Shown here: in pieces, positions 50,094 to 59,364 of the stretch
Position numbering within the stretch: the stretch's first letter is position 1
Layout of the letters: every line of letters starts with the position of its first letter
NCBI GenBank assembly: GCA_035456445.1
Contig: DATIDF010000350.1
Location: forward strand, 1-63,478
DNA: 63,478 nt
Reading direction: 5' to 3'
From: Anaeromyxobacter sp.
Lineage (GTDB): Bacteria; Myxococcota; Myxococcia; Myxococcales; Anaeromyxobacteraceae
Made by a program: the position numbers and the translations under genes
Notes under the pieces: generated by a model
Database searches by the model: none
What the model was told of the DNA's origin: nothing
Seen by the model: only the letters and a program-made list of their open reading frames with translations

Positions 50094-51163
50094 ACGCGCG
50101 GGATCCCGAGCGGCACCCGCCATCCCGAGGTCGGCGCGGTCGGCCCGTCCGCGAAGCGCCCCGCGATCCGCTCGCCGCACGCCGCGCAGGTGCCGCCGGC
50201 GAGCCGCACTGCCCGCACCGCGTGCCAGTCGCGCTCGATCACGCGCGCGCCGCAGCGTGGGCAGTAGGTGCTCTGGCCGTCGGGATCGTGCACGTTGCCG
50301 GTGTAGACGTAGCGGAGCCCCGCCGCGTGCGCGATCGCGCGCGCGCCCGCGAGCGTCCGGGGCGGCGTGCGCGGCCGATCGAGGAGCTTGTAGTCCGGGT
50401 GGAAGGCCGTGAAGTGGACCGGGACGTCCTCGCCCATGTGCTCCGCGATCCAGTCCGCGAGCCGTCGCGTCTCCTCTGGCGAGTCGTTGAGGCCCGGGAT
50501 CATGAGGTTCGTCACCTCCACCCAGACGTCCGTCTCCTTCGCGAGCCACTCGAGCGTGGCGAGCACCGGCGCGAGGTGCGAGAGCGTCACGCGCGAGTAG
50601 AAGTCCTCGGTGAACGCCTTCAGGTCCACGTTCGTCGCGTCCATGTGCCGGAAGATCTCGGCCCGGGCGAGCGGCTCGACGTAGCCGCTCGTCACGAACA
50701 CCGTGAAGAGCCCGCGCGCGTGCGCCGCCTTCGCGACGTCGATGGCGTACTCCGCCCAGATGATCGGGTCGTTGTAGGTGAACGCGATCCCCGGCGCGCC
50801 GAGCTCGATCGCGAGCTCGACGATGCGCTCCGGCGTGAACTCGTCCTCCGAGAGTCGCTCGTCCTGGCGCGCCTTCGAGATGTCCCAGTTCTGGCAGAAG
50901 CGGCAGCCGAGGCAGCACCCGGCCGTGCCGAAGGACAGGACCTTCGATCCCGGCAGGTAGTGCGCGAGGGGCTTCTTCTCGATGGGGTCCACCGCGAACC
51001 CGGTGGAGCGGCCGTAGCCCGCCGTCACGAGACGCCCGCCCTGGTTCCTGCGGATGTAGCAGAAGCCCGCCTGGCCCTCGCCGATGCGGCACGCCCGCGG
51101 ACAGAGCGTGCAGAGCACTCGCCCGTCGCCCGCGGGTTCCCAGTAGCGCGCCTCGTGGAGCAT
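50090..51163 (-). CDS. AmmeMemoRadiSam-system radical SAM enzyme
   Basis: CTLCPRAC...GFC, VDPIEKKPL, GCCLGCRFCQNWDIS, AFTYNDP, HFTAFHP and YVYTGNV...TYCPRC motifs. Confidence 0.9.
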   Translation of the reverse strand: MLHEARYWEPAGDGRVLCTLCPRACRIGEGQAGFCYIRRNQGGRLVTAGYGRSTGFAVDPIEKKPLAHYLPGSKVLSFGTAGCCLGCRFCQNWDISKARQDERLSEDEFTPERIVELAIELGAPGIAFTYNDPIIWAEYAIDVAKAAHARGLFTVFVTSGYVEPLARAEIFRHMDATNVDLKAFTEDFYSRVTLSHLAPVLATLEWLAKETDVWVEVTNLMIPGLNDSPEETRRLADWIAEHMGEDVPVHFTAFHPDYKLLDRPRTPPRTLAGARAIAHAAGLRYVYTGNVHDPDGQSTYCPRCGARVIERDWHAVRAVRLAGGTCAACGERIAGRFADGPTAPTSGWRVPLGIPRV

Positions 51164-51362
51164 GGTCCGATCGTAGCGGGCGGGGATCGCCGCGGCAGCG
51201 GGCGGGCCGGCGAGGCCCTGGCGGCCGCGCCGCGCCGGCGGGCGGGTGCCCGGCCGCGGCGAACCGCCCTTCGTGCGCTCGATCGACGTGCACGGCGGTG
51301 CTATCTCTGCTCCACGGCCCGCGCCGTTCGCGCGGGCCTGCCATTTCGAGAGGACCGTGCCC

Positions 51363-54300
51363 GTGACCTTCCGAGAAGCCATCGACCGCCGCACCCTCGT
51401 GTTCGACGGCGCGATGGGCACCCAGATCCAGCGCCACCAGCTCAAGGCCGCCGAGTTCGGCGGCAAGGAGGGGGCGAACGACCTCCTCACGCTGACGCGG
51501 CCGGACCTCGTCGAGGACATCCACGCCCGCTACTTCGGCGTCGGCTGCGACGTCGTCGAGACGAACACCTTCGGCTCGTCGCGCCTCAAGCTCGACGAGT
51601 ACGGGGTCGGCCACCGCACCTACGAGGTGAACTTCCGCGCCGCGATCCTCGCCCGCCGCGCCGCGGAGCGCTTCGCGACGCCGGACCACCCGCGCTTCGT
51701 CGCCGGGTCGATCGGGCCGACCGGCATGCTCCCGTCCTCGTCGGATCCGGCCCTCGGGAACATCACCTCCGACGCGCTCGAGCGGATCTTCTTCGAGCAG
51801 TCGAAGGGGCTCGTCGAGGGGGGCGTCGACGCGATCATCATCGAGACCCAGCAGGACATGCTGGAGCTCCGCGCGGCGGTGCTCGCGGCCGACGCCTGCC
51901 GGCGGGAGTGCCTGCGCGACGTCTTCATCATCGCCCAGCCGACGCTCATCGACGCGAACGCCCGGATGCTCCTCGGCACCGACGTGGCGAGCGCGCTCGC
52001 CACGCTCGAGCGGCTCCCCGTGGACGCCGTCGGCCTCAACTGCTCCACCGGGCCCGCCGAGATGCGCGCCGCGGTGCGCTACCTCGCGGAGCGCTCGAGC
52101 CACTACGTCTCGGTGCTCCCGAACGCGGGGATGCCCGAGAACGAGGACGGACGCGCGGTGTACAAGCTCTCGCCGGACGCGCTCGCCGAGGCGCTCGCGG
52201 GGTTCGTCTCGGAGTACGGCGTCGAGCTGGTGGGCGGCTGCTGCGGGACCACGCCCGAGCACATGCGCAAGGTCGTCGAGCGGATCCGGGCGCTCGGCCC
52301 GCCTCGCCGCGCCCGGGGTCGTCCCGCCGCCGAGCTCTCCTCCGCGATGAAGGCGGTCCCGCTCGCGATGGAGCCGAGGCCCCTCATCGTGGGCGAGCGG
52401 CTCAACAGCCAGGGCTCGAAGAAGGTGAAGGAGCTGCTCCTCGCCGACGACTACCCCGGCCTCCTGCAGATCGCGCGCGGCCAGGTCGACGCGGGCGCGC
52501 ACGTGCTCGACGTGTGCGTGGCGCTGAACGAGCGGGACGACGAGGGCGCGCAGATGCGCGCGCTCGCGAAGCTCCTCGCCCAGGCGGTGGACGCGCCGCT
52601 CATGATCGACTCGACCGAGGCGGACGTGGTCGAGGGCGCGCTCAAGGTCTACCCGGGCCGCTGCATCGTGAACTCGGTGAACCTCGAGAAGTCGGGCGAG
52701 CGGGTGAAGCGCGTCCTCCCCCTCGTCCGGCGCTACGGCGCCGCGGTGGTCGCGATGACCATCGACGAGAAGGGGATGGCGCAGACCGCCGAGCGGAAGG
52801 CCGAGATCGCCCGGCGCACCGTCGCCATCGCGAAGGACTACGGCATCCCGCCCGACAGCCTGGTGTTCGACGCGCTCACCTTCACGCTCGCCACCGGTGG
52901 CGAGGAGTACCGCCGGAGCGCGATCGAGACGCTCGAGGGCATCCGCCGCATCAAGGCGGAGAACCCGGGGGTCCTCACCACGCTCGGCGTCTCGAACGTC
53001 TCGTTCGGCCTCGCGAAGAGCGCGCGCGAGGTGGTGAACTCGGTGTTCCTCTATCACGCGGTGCAGGCCGGGCTCGACCTCGCCATCGTGAACCCGAAGG
53101 ACATCCGCCCCTACCCCGCGATCGCCGAGGAGGAGCGCGCGCTCGCCGAGGACCTCGTCTTCGACCGCCGGCCCGACGCGCTGGCGCGGCTCATCGAGCA
53201 CTTCGGCGCGAAGGGCGCGCCGGAGAAGGCGGCCGTGGATCCGCTCGCCCAGGCCGGCGGGAAGAGCGCGGAGGAGCGGATCCACCTGCAGATCCTCCAC
53301 CGACGTCCGGAGGGGATCGAGGCGCTGATCGACGACGCGCTCACCCGCCGCTCGGCGGTCGACGTCCTGAACACGGTGCTGCTGCCGGCGATGAAGGACG
53401 TCGGCGACCGGTTCGGCGCAGGCGAGCTCATCCTCCCCTTCGTCCTGCAGTCCGCGGAGGTGATGAAGAAGGCGGTCGCGCACCTCGAGCAGTTCCTCGA
53501 GAAGAAGGAGGGCTCGACGAAGGGGACGGTCGTGCTCGCCACCGTCTACGGGGACGTGCACGACATCGGCAAGAACCTCGTGAAGACGATCCTCTCGAAC
53601 AACGGCTTCACCGTGCACGACCTCGGCAAGCAGGTGCCCGTCGCGACGATCATCGAGAAGGCGGTCGCGACGAACGCCGACGCGATCGGGCTCTCCGCCC
53701 TGCTCGTCTCGACCTCGAAGCAGATGCCGTTCTGCGTCGACGAGCTCTCGCGCCGGAACCTCGCGTTCCCGGTGATCATCGGCGGCGCGGCGATCAACCG
53801 GCGCTTCGGCTACCGCACGCACTTCACCCAGGACGGCTCGGCGTACCCGGGCGGCGTCTTCTACGCGAAGGACGCGTTCGAGGGGCTCGAGGTGGTCCAG
53901 GCGCTCGTCGATCCGGCGCGCCGCGACGCGCTCAAGCATGGCGTGCTCCAGAAGGCGATCGCGAACCGCGACATGCCGGCCTCGCCTGCGCCGCCGCCCG
54001 CGCCGGCGCACCGCTCCGGCGTCGCGCCCGCCTCGCGCATCCCGGCGCCGCCGTTCTGGGGCGCCCGGGTCGTCCCCGCCGGGGAGATCGCGCTCGCCGA
54101 GCTGTGGCCGCACCTCGATCTGCCCGAGCTCTTCAAGCTCCAGTGGGGCGTGAAGGCCAAGGGCGAGGAGTACGAGCGGCTCATCCGCGAGCAGTTCGGC
54201 CCCAAGCTCGAGGAGCTCCAGGGCGAGGCGCAGGCGAACGGCTGGCTCGTGCCCAAGGTCGTCTACGGCTACTTCCCTTGCCACGCCGAGGGGAACGACC

Positions 54301-54812
54301 TCGTCGTGCTCGACCCGATCCATCGCAAGGCCGAGGTCGCACGCCTCGCGCTGCCGCGGCAGCCCGACGACCGGAACCTCTGCATGGCCGACTGGTTCCG
54401 GGAGGAGCGCGGCTCGGACGTGTGCGCGCTCCAGGTCGTCACGGTGGGTGACCAGGCGACGCGCCTCGCCGAGGCGGCGCAGGAGCGGGGCGACTACAGC
54501 CGCGGGCTGTTCGTCCACGGGCTCGCGGTCGAGGCGGCGGAGGCGCTCGCGGAGTACTGGCACCGGCGCGTGCGCGCGGAGCTCGGGATCCCGGAGGACC
54601 AGGGGAAGCGTTACTCCCCGGGCTATCCGTCCTGGCCCGAGCTCACCGACCAGCGCCAGGTGTGGAAGCTGCTCGAGCCGGATCGGACCATCGGCGTCAC
54701 GCTCACCGAGGCGAACCAGATGGTCCCGGAGGCGTCGACCTCGGCGATCGTGCTGCACCACCCCGACGCGATCTACTTCCTCGTGCGCGGGGCGGCGGCG
54801 GCGGCGGTCTAG
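51363..54812 (+). CDS. metH: Cobalamin-dependent methionine synthase
   Basis: DGAMGT, GLNCSTGP, GGCCGTTP, IVGERLN, GDVHDIGKN and RYSPGYP motifs; start is GTG 51363 or 51357. Confidence 0.95.
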   Translation: MTFREAIDRRTLVFDGAMGTQIQRHQLKAAEFGGKEGANDLLTLTRPDLVEDIHARYFGVGCDVVETNTFGSSRLKLDEYGVGHRTYEVNFRAAILARRAAERFATPDHPRFVAGSIGPTGMLPSSSDPALGNITSDALERIFFEQSKGLVEGGVDAIIIETQQDMLELRAAVLAADACRRECLRDVFIIAQPTLIDANARMLLGTDVASALATLERLPVDAVGLNCSTGPAEMRAAVRYLAERSSHYVSVLPNAGMPENEDGRAVYKLSPDALAEALAGFVSEYGVELVGGCCGTTPEHMRKVVERIRALGPPRRARGRPAAELSSAMKAVPLAMEPRPLIVGERLNSQGSKKVKELLLADDYPGLLQIARGQVDAGAHVLDVCVALNERDDEGAQMRALAKLLAQAVDAPLMIDSTEADVVEGALKVYPGRCIVNSVNLEKSGERVKRVLPLVRRYGAAVVAMTIDEKGMAQTAERKAEIARRTVAIAKDYGIPPDSLVFDALTFTLATGGEEYRRSAIETLEGIRRIKAENPGVLTTLGVSNVSFGLAKSAREVVNSVFLYHAVQAGLDLAIVNPKDIRPYPAIAEEERALAEDLVFDRRPDALARLIEHFGAKGAPEKAAVDPLAQAGGKSAEERIHLQILHRRPEGIEALIDDALTRRSAVDVLNTVLLPAMKDVGDRFGAGELILPFVLQSAEVMKKAVAHLEQFLEKKEGSTKGTVVLATVYGDVHDIGKNLVKTILSNNGFTVHDLGKQVPVATIIEKAVATNADAIGLSALLVSTSKQMPFCVDELSRRNLAFPVIIGGAAINRRFGYRTHFTQDGSAYPGGVFYAKDAFEGLEVVQALVDPARRDALKHGVLQKAIANRDMPASPAPPPAPAHRSGVAPASRIPAPPFWGARVVPAGEIALAELWPHLDLPELFKLQWGVKAKGEEYERLIREQFGPKLEELQGEAQANGWLVPKVVYGYFPCHAEGNDLVVLDPIHRKAEVARLALPRQPDDRNLCMADWFREERGSDVCALQVVTVGDQATRLAEAAQERGDYSRGLFVHGLAVEAAEALAEYWHRRVRAELGIPEDQGKRYSPGYPSWPELTDQRQVWKLLEPDRTIGVTLTEANQMVPEASTSAIVLHHPDAIYFLVRGAAAAAV

Positions 54813-54844
54813 CGCCGCCGCCGCGCCGCGCGCGGTGCGTGGGC

Positions 54845-56293
54845 TCAGGACCGCGGCTTCGCCGCCTTCCCCGGCGCCGTCGGCGCGGGCGGCGGTGGCG
54901 ATGGCGCCGGCGCGCTAACGATCTCTCCGAACGGGCGCACCTGCTCGGTCACCTGGGCCGGATCGCCGACCACGACCACCGTCATCCTCGAGGGGTCGAG
55001 CCAGGTCTGCGCCATGCGCTGCACGTCCGCGGGGGTGACCGCGCGCACGTTCTTCACGTAGTCCTCGAGCCACCTCTCCCCGAGGCCGTGAAGATCGACG
55101 AAGCGCAGCCTCCCGATGAGCCCGTCGCGATCCGAGGTCTGCAGGACGAAGGTGCCGGCGAGGTACGCCTGGACCGCGCGGAGCTCCTCCTCCCCGGGGG
55201 GCGCGGCGCGGAGCCGCTCCACCTCGGCCAGGATCTCCTTCAGCGACGCGCCGGTCACCGCGGTCGTAACATCGGCGACCTGCGCCCAGTAGCCGGTGCC
55301 GGCGCGAACCGACACGAGGCTGTAGGGCGAGTAGGTGTACCCCTTCGCCTCGCGGATGTTCGCGGTCACGCGGGAGGAGAAGTAGCCGCCGAGGAGCGTG
55401 TTCGTGACCGCGAGCTTCAGGTAGTCCGGATGGCGCGGGTCGAGCACCGGGAGCCCGAGGTACAGGGACGACTGGACGGCGCCGGTGCGGGCGACGAGCT
55501 CGACCCGCCGGCGCGAGGTGGGGGTCGGCGGGGTCGCCGCCCGCGGTGCGCCGGGCGGCAGCCCCGAGAGCGCCGCCCGGATCCGGGCCTCGGTCGCAGC
55601 GCGGTCGAAGCGCCCGACGACGTAGAGGTGCGCGCGCCTCGCGCCGTAGCTCGCCCTGTGGAAGGCCCGCGCGTCCTCGACCGCATAGCCGCGGACGATC
55701 TCCGGCGTGGGGAGGAGCCTGCCGTACGGATGATCCGGGTACAGCGTCGCGAGGAAGCGCTCCTGGGCGAGCACCTGCGGCTGCGTCCGGGCGATGGTGA
55801 TGGAGCGGAGCGTGTCCTGCCGCACGCGCTCGACCTCGCGCGACGGGAAGGCCGGGTTCATCGCCACGTCGGCGACGAGCGCGACGAGGTCGGGAGCGAA
55901 CTCGGACAGGACCGTGCCGCCGACCACCGTCTCGTCGGGCGTCACGTTCGTCTCGATCGCCCCGCCCCAGCGCGCGGCGGCGGCGGCGATCTCGGCCGCG
56001 CTGCGGGTCGTCGTGCCCTCCGTGAGGAGGGCGCCGAGGAAGCTCGAGAGCCCGGTCTTGCCCGCCGGGTCGTCGCCGGTCCCGGCACGGAACACCAGCG
56101 CGACGGTCGCCTTCGGGAGCTGCCCCATCTCGACGAGCGTGACGGCGAGCCCGTTGTCGAGCGTGAACGCGTGCGTCCCGGGGAGGCGGAAGTCCGGCGG
56201 CGGGCGCGGCGGCGGCGGCGCCTCCTTCGGCGCGGCGGCGGCGGGATCCTGGGCGGCGAGCGCGAGCGCGAGCGCGGCGGCGAGGAACGTCAT
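54845..56293 (-). CDS. M16B peptidase-like subunit (no HxxEH)
   Basis: LDNGLAV, LLTEGT and LGGYFSSRVTANIREAKGYTY motifs; ATGA coupling. Confidence 0.88.
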   Translation of the reverse strand: MTFLAAALALALAAQDPAAAAPKEAPPPPRPPPDFRLPGTHAFTLDNGLAVTLVEMGQLPKATVALVFRAGTGDDPAGKTGLSSFLGALLTEGTTTRSAAEIAAAAARWGGAIETNVTPDETVVGGTVLSEFAPDLVALVADVAMNPAFPSREVERVRQDTLRSITIARTQPQVLAQERFLATLYPDHPYGRLLPTPEIVRGYAVEDARAFHRASYGARRAHLYVVGRFDRAATEARIRAALSGLPPGAPRAATPPTPTSRRRVELVARTGAVQSSLYLGLPVLDPRHPDYLKLAVTNTLLGGYFSSRVTANIREAKGYTYSPYSLVSVRAGTGYWAQVADVTTAVTGASLKEILAEVERLRAAPPGEEELRAVQAYLAGTFVLQTSDRDGLIGRLRFVDLHGLGERWLEDYVKNVRAVTPADVQRMAQTWLDPSRMTVVVVGDPAQVTEQVRPFGEIVSAPAPSPPPPAPTAPGKAAKPRS

Positions 56294-57684
56294 GGCGCCC
56301 CCTTCTGGTCCTTCGTCTTCACGAGGAGCACCGTCCGGTTCGTCTGGCGCAGGTACTCGCGCGCGGTCGCATGCAGGAGCTCGGGGGTGACGCGCTCGAG
56401 CTCGTCCTCGATCCGGTTCACGCGCGCGGGGTCTCCGTCGAAGAGCGCCAGCGCCGCGAGGAGGTCGGCGAGGCCGAAGCCCGAGAAGCTCTCCATCTCC
56501 GCGTAGAGGGCGGAGCGGGCCTTCACCTTGGCGCGCGCGAGCGTCTCCGCGTCCACCGGACGCTCGAGATAGGGCGCGAGCGCCTCGTCCACCGCGCGCA
56601 GGAGCTCGTCCGCGGAGCGATCCTTGTCGTGGAAGAGGTACGCGATGTGGAGCATCGGGCCCTGGTAGTTCCAGGCGTTCCCGAGCAGGTTCAGGCCGCC
56701 CGACACGTCGCCGGTGAGCCCCTTCTCCTGCACGAGCTTCTGGTACAGCGCCGAGTCCCGTCCCTGGAGGATGATCTGGTCGAGCAGCACGAACGCCGCG
56801 TGCTCGGGAGTGTTCCGCGGCGGCGCGTGCCAGGCGAGCGCGAGCGCGGGCCGCTCCGCGAGCGGGTCCACCTTCTCGACGCGCTTCTCCGCCTCCTGGC
56901 GAGGCTCGGCGAGGTCCGGCCGAGGCGGCTGGCTCGCCGGCCGGATGTCCCCGAAGTGCTGCTTCACCCATCCGAGCGCCACCTTCGGATCGAAGTCGCC
57001 GACGAGCGCCAGCACCGCGTCATTGGGCGCGTAGTAGGTCTCGAAGAACGCCTGGACGTCGGGGAGCGTCGCCGCCTCGATGTCCGCGAGGTCGCCGTAG
57101 AAGTTGTGCGCGTTGTACCAGTTCTCGTTCGCGACCTGCGGCATGTCGAGCCACGGGAACCCGCCGTACGGGCGGTTGAGGACGTTCACCTTCACCTCGT
57201 TCGTGACGACGCCCTGCTGGTTCGCGAGGTTCTCCTGCGTGACGGCGAGGCCGCGCATCCGATCGGCCTCGGCCCACAGGATCGTCTCGAGCACGTTCGA
57301 GGGGACGACCTCGTAGTAGTTCGTGAAGTCGAAGCGTGTCGAGCCGTTGAGCGTGCCGCCGTTCGACTGGACGAGCTTGATGAACTCCATCTTTCCGAGG
57401 TTCCTCGAGCCCTGGAACATCATGTGCTCGAAGAGGTGGGCGAAGCCGGTGCGGTCCTTCGGCTCCACTCGGAAGCCGATGCCGTAGTAGACGCCCACCG
57501 CGACCTTCGGCACGCTCCGCTCCGGCGAGAGCACGACGCGCAGGCCGTTGTCGAGCACGTGGTACTCGACCGGGACGGAGAGGCGCGCGCCGCTCGGGCG
57601 CTCGCCGCGCGAGGCGGCGCCCGAGGGCGACGCGCAGCCGAGCGCGATCGCGAGCGCGAGGGCGGCGGGCAGGACCGGCTTCAT
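56290..57684 (-). CDS. M16B zinc peptidase, catalytic subunit, lipoprotein
   Basis: RTGFAHLFEHMMFQGS; lipobox ALGC; GGAGGAGG SD. Confidence 0.92.
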   Translation of the reverse strand: MKPVLPAALALAIALGCASPSGAASRGERPSGARLSVPVEYHVLDNGLRVVLSPERSVPKVAVGVYYGIGFRVEPKDRTGFAHLFEHMMFQGSRNLGKMEFIKLVQSNGGTLNGSTRFDFTNYYEVVPSNVLETILWAEADRMRGLAVTQENLANQQGVVTNEVKVNVLNRPYGGFPWLDMPQVANENWYNAHNFYGDLADIEAATLPDVQAFFETYYAPNDAVLALVGDFDPKVALGWVKQHFGDIRPASQPPRPDLAEPRQEAEKRVEKVDPLAERPALALAWHAPPRNTPEHAAFVLLDQIILQGRDSALYQKLVQEKGLTGDVSGGLNLLGNAWNYQGPMLHIAYLFHDKDRSADELLRAVDEALAPYLERPVDAETLARAKVKARSALYAEMESFSGFGLADLLAALALFDGDPARVNRIEDELERVTPELLHATAREYLRQTNRTVLLVKTKDQKGAP

Positions 57685-57820
57685 CGGCACCTCCTCCGCG
57701 GAGGCCGTCGCCCCCGGAGCGAGGACCCATACCCAACGTGGCGACGGGCGAAAACGGCCCGGTCGGGCGCCGCGCCATGAGGCGCCGAGGCAAGCTCGAG
57801 GCGGCAGCGCCCGCGAAGGA

Positions 57821-59140
57821 CTACAGGCCGAGGATGAGCCGCGCCGCCGTGAAGTAGATGACGATCCCGGACACGTCCACGAGCGTCGCGATGAACGGCG
57901 CCGAGGCGCTCGCCGGATCGAACCCCAGGCGGCGGATGGCGAGCGGTAGCATCGCGCCGGCGAGGGTCCCCCACATGACCACGGCGACCACCGCCGTGCC
58001 GACGGTGACCGCGAGGTGCGGTGTCTTGGGCCCGTACGTGCCGAAGAGCCCCTGCCATACGAAGATCCGGACGACGCCGATGAACGCCAGGATCGTCCCG
58101 AGCGCGAGGCCGGCCAGGACCTCGCGGCGGGCGACCCGCAGCGCGTCGCCGATGTTCACCTCGCCGAGCGCCATCGCGCGGATGACGAGCGTGGACGCCT
58201 GCGACCCTGCGTTCCCGCCGCTCGAGATGATGAGCGGGATGAACACCGCGAGGACGATCGCGCGCGCGATCTCGTCCTCGAACCCTGCCATCGCGGTCGC
58301 GGTGAGCATCTCGCCCACGAAGAGCAGCGCGAGCCAGACCGCGCGCTTGCGGATCATCTCGGGCAGGCCGGTCTGGAGGTACGGCTGATCGAGGGCCTCG
58401 GTGCCGCCGATCTTCTGGATGTCCTCGGTCGCCTCCTGCTGGACCACGTCGACGACGTCGTCCACGGTGACGATGCCTTGCATGCGCCCCTGCCCGTCCA
58501 CGACCGGGATGGCGTTCACGTCCTCGCGCGCCATGATGCGCGCGACCGCCTCCTGGTCGAGCGTGTCGGGCACGCTCACCACGTCGCGCTTCATGAGGTC
58601 GGCGATGCGGCGGTCGGGCGGCGCGGTGAGGAGGTCGCGGAAGGACACGACGCCGACGAGCTTCTGCCCCGGGTCGAGCACGTACGCGTAGTAGATGGTC
58701 TCCGCCTGCTCGCGCGCCTGGCGGCGCAGGTAGCGGATCGCCTCGTCCACGGTCATCTCCGGCCGCAGGCGCGCGAAGCGCGGACTCATGAGGCCGCCGG
58801 CCGCGTCCTCCGCGTAAGCGAGGAGGGCGGTCACCTCGCGGCGCGCGACCGGATCGAGCAGCTCGATGAGCCGGGGCCGCTCCTCCTCCGGGGCCTCCTG
58901 GATCACGTCGGCGGCGTCGTCCGGCGCCAGCAGCCGGATCCACAGCCTCCGCTCGGGCGGCGGCAACGCGAGCAGCAGCGCCGCCTCGTCCGCGGGGGGG
59001 AGCTCGAGGAAGAAGTCGTCGGCCTCCGCGCGCACGAGCCGGTGGAAGCCCTCGATGCGCTCCTCCCAGGAGAGGGCCGGCCAGGCGTCCCGGAGCTCCT
59101 CCGCCGTGAGCGGCATGTCGATCAGCTCATCGGCGCTCAT
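57821..59140 (-). CDS. mgtE: Magnesium transporter MgtE
   Basis: APDDAAD, AGGLM CBS pair, GIVTVDD, SSGGNAGSQ and DPASASAPFIATLVD motifs. Confidence 0.95.
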   Translation of the reverse strand: MSADELIDMPLTAEELRDAWPALSWEERIEGFHRLVRAEADDFFLELPPADEAALLLALPPPERRLWIRLLAPDDAADVIQEAPEEERPRLIELLDPVARREVTALLAYAEDAAGGLMSPRFARLRPEMTVDEAIRYLRRQAREQAETIYYAYVLDPGQKLVGVVSFRDLLTAPPDRRIADLMKRDVVSVPDTLDQEAVARIMAREDVNAIPVVDGQGRMQGIVTVDDVVDVVQQEATEDIQKIGGTEALDQPYLQTGLPEMIRKRAVWLALLFVGEMLTATAMAGFEDEIARAIVLAVFIPLIISSGGNAGSQASTLVIRAMALGEVNIGDALRVARREVLAGLALGTILAFIGVVRIFVWQGLFGTYGPKTPHLAVTVGTAVVAVVMWGTLAGAMLPLAIRRLGFDPASASAPFIATLVDVSGIVIYFTAARLILGL

Positions 59141-59208
59141 GCCGCTCCTCCGGTCCGCGACGCGGAGGCTAAACGGCCTCTCGCGATTCGACAACAGCCA
59201 ACGTCCGA

Positions 59209-59250
59209 CGGGGCGCCACCGCGTTCGCCGCGAAGCGCCCGCGATGGTGG
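59209..59250. repeat. Second, degenerate copy of the 48.99-kb palindrome core
   Basis: CGGGGCGCCACCGCGTTCGC identical to 48990-49009, followed by CGCGAAGCGCCCGCG. Confidence 0.65.
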
Positions 59251-59279
59251 GGCAGCGCTCGACTGGAGGATTCCGTGCT

Positions 59280-59340
59280 GTGAACGAGCCCGAGCCCAGC
59301 TTCTACTCGGGCGCGGGCTCGGGCGCGGGCGCGTTTACGG
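59280..59340. repeat. Hexamer palindromic repeat
   Basis: GTGAACGAGCCCGAGCCC...TCGGGCGCGGGCTCGGGCGCGGGCGCGTTTACGG; its reverse complement matches 42479-42506. Confidence 0.65.
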
Positions 59341-59364
59341 ACACGACTCGAGTGATCGGTTCCG

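Noticed and set aside
51164-51362. SAM or cobalamin riboswitch before metH
   Set aside because: No recognisable consensus elements
49751-54761. Giant ORFs of 1566 aa (+) and 1558 aa (-)
   Set aside because: Off-frame and antisense shadows of metH and the radical SAM gene; stop-poor GC-rich DNA and no recognisable motifs
59141-59364. M-box riboswitch before mgtE
   Set aside because: The region is explained by two repeat elements; no M-box consensus recognised
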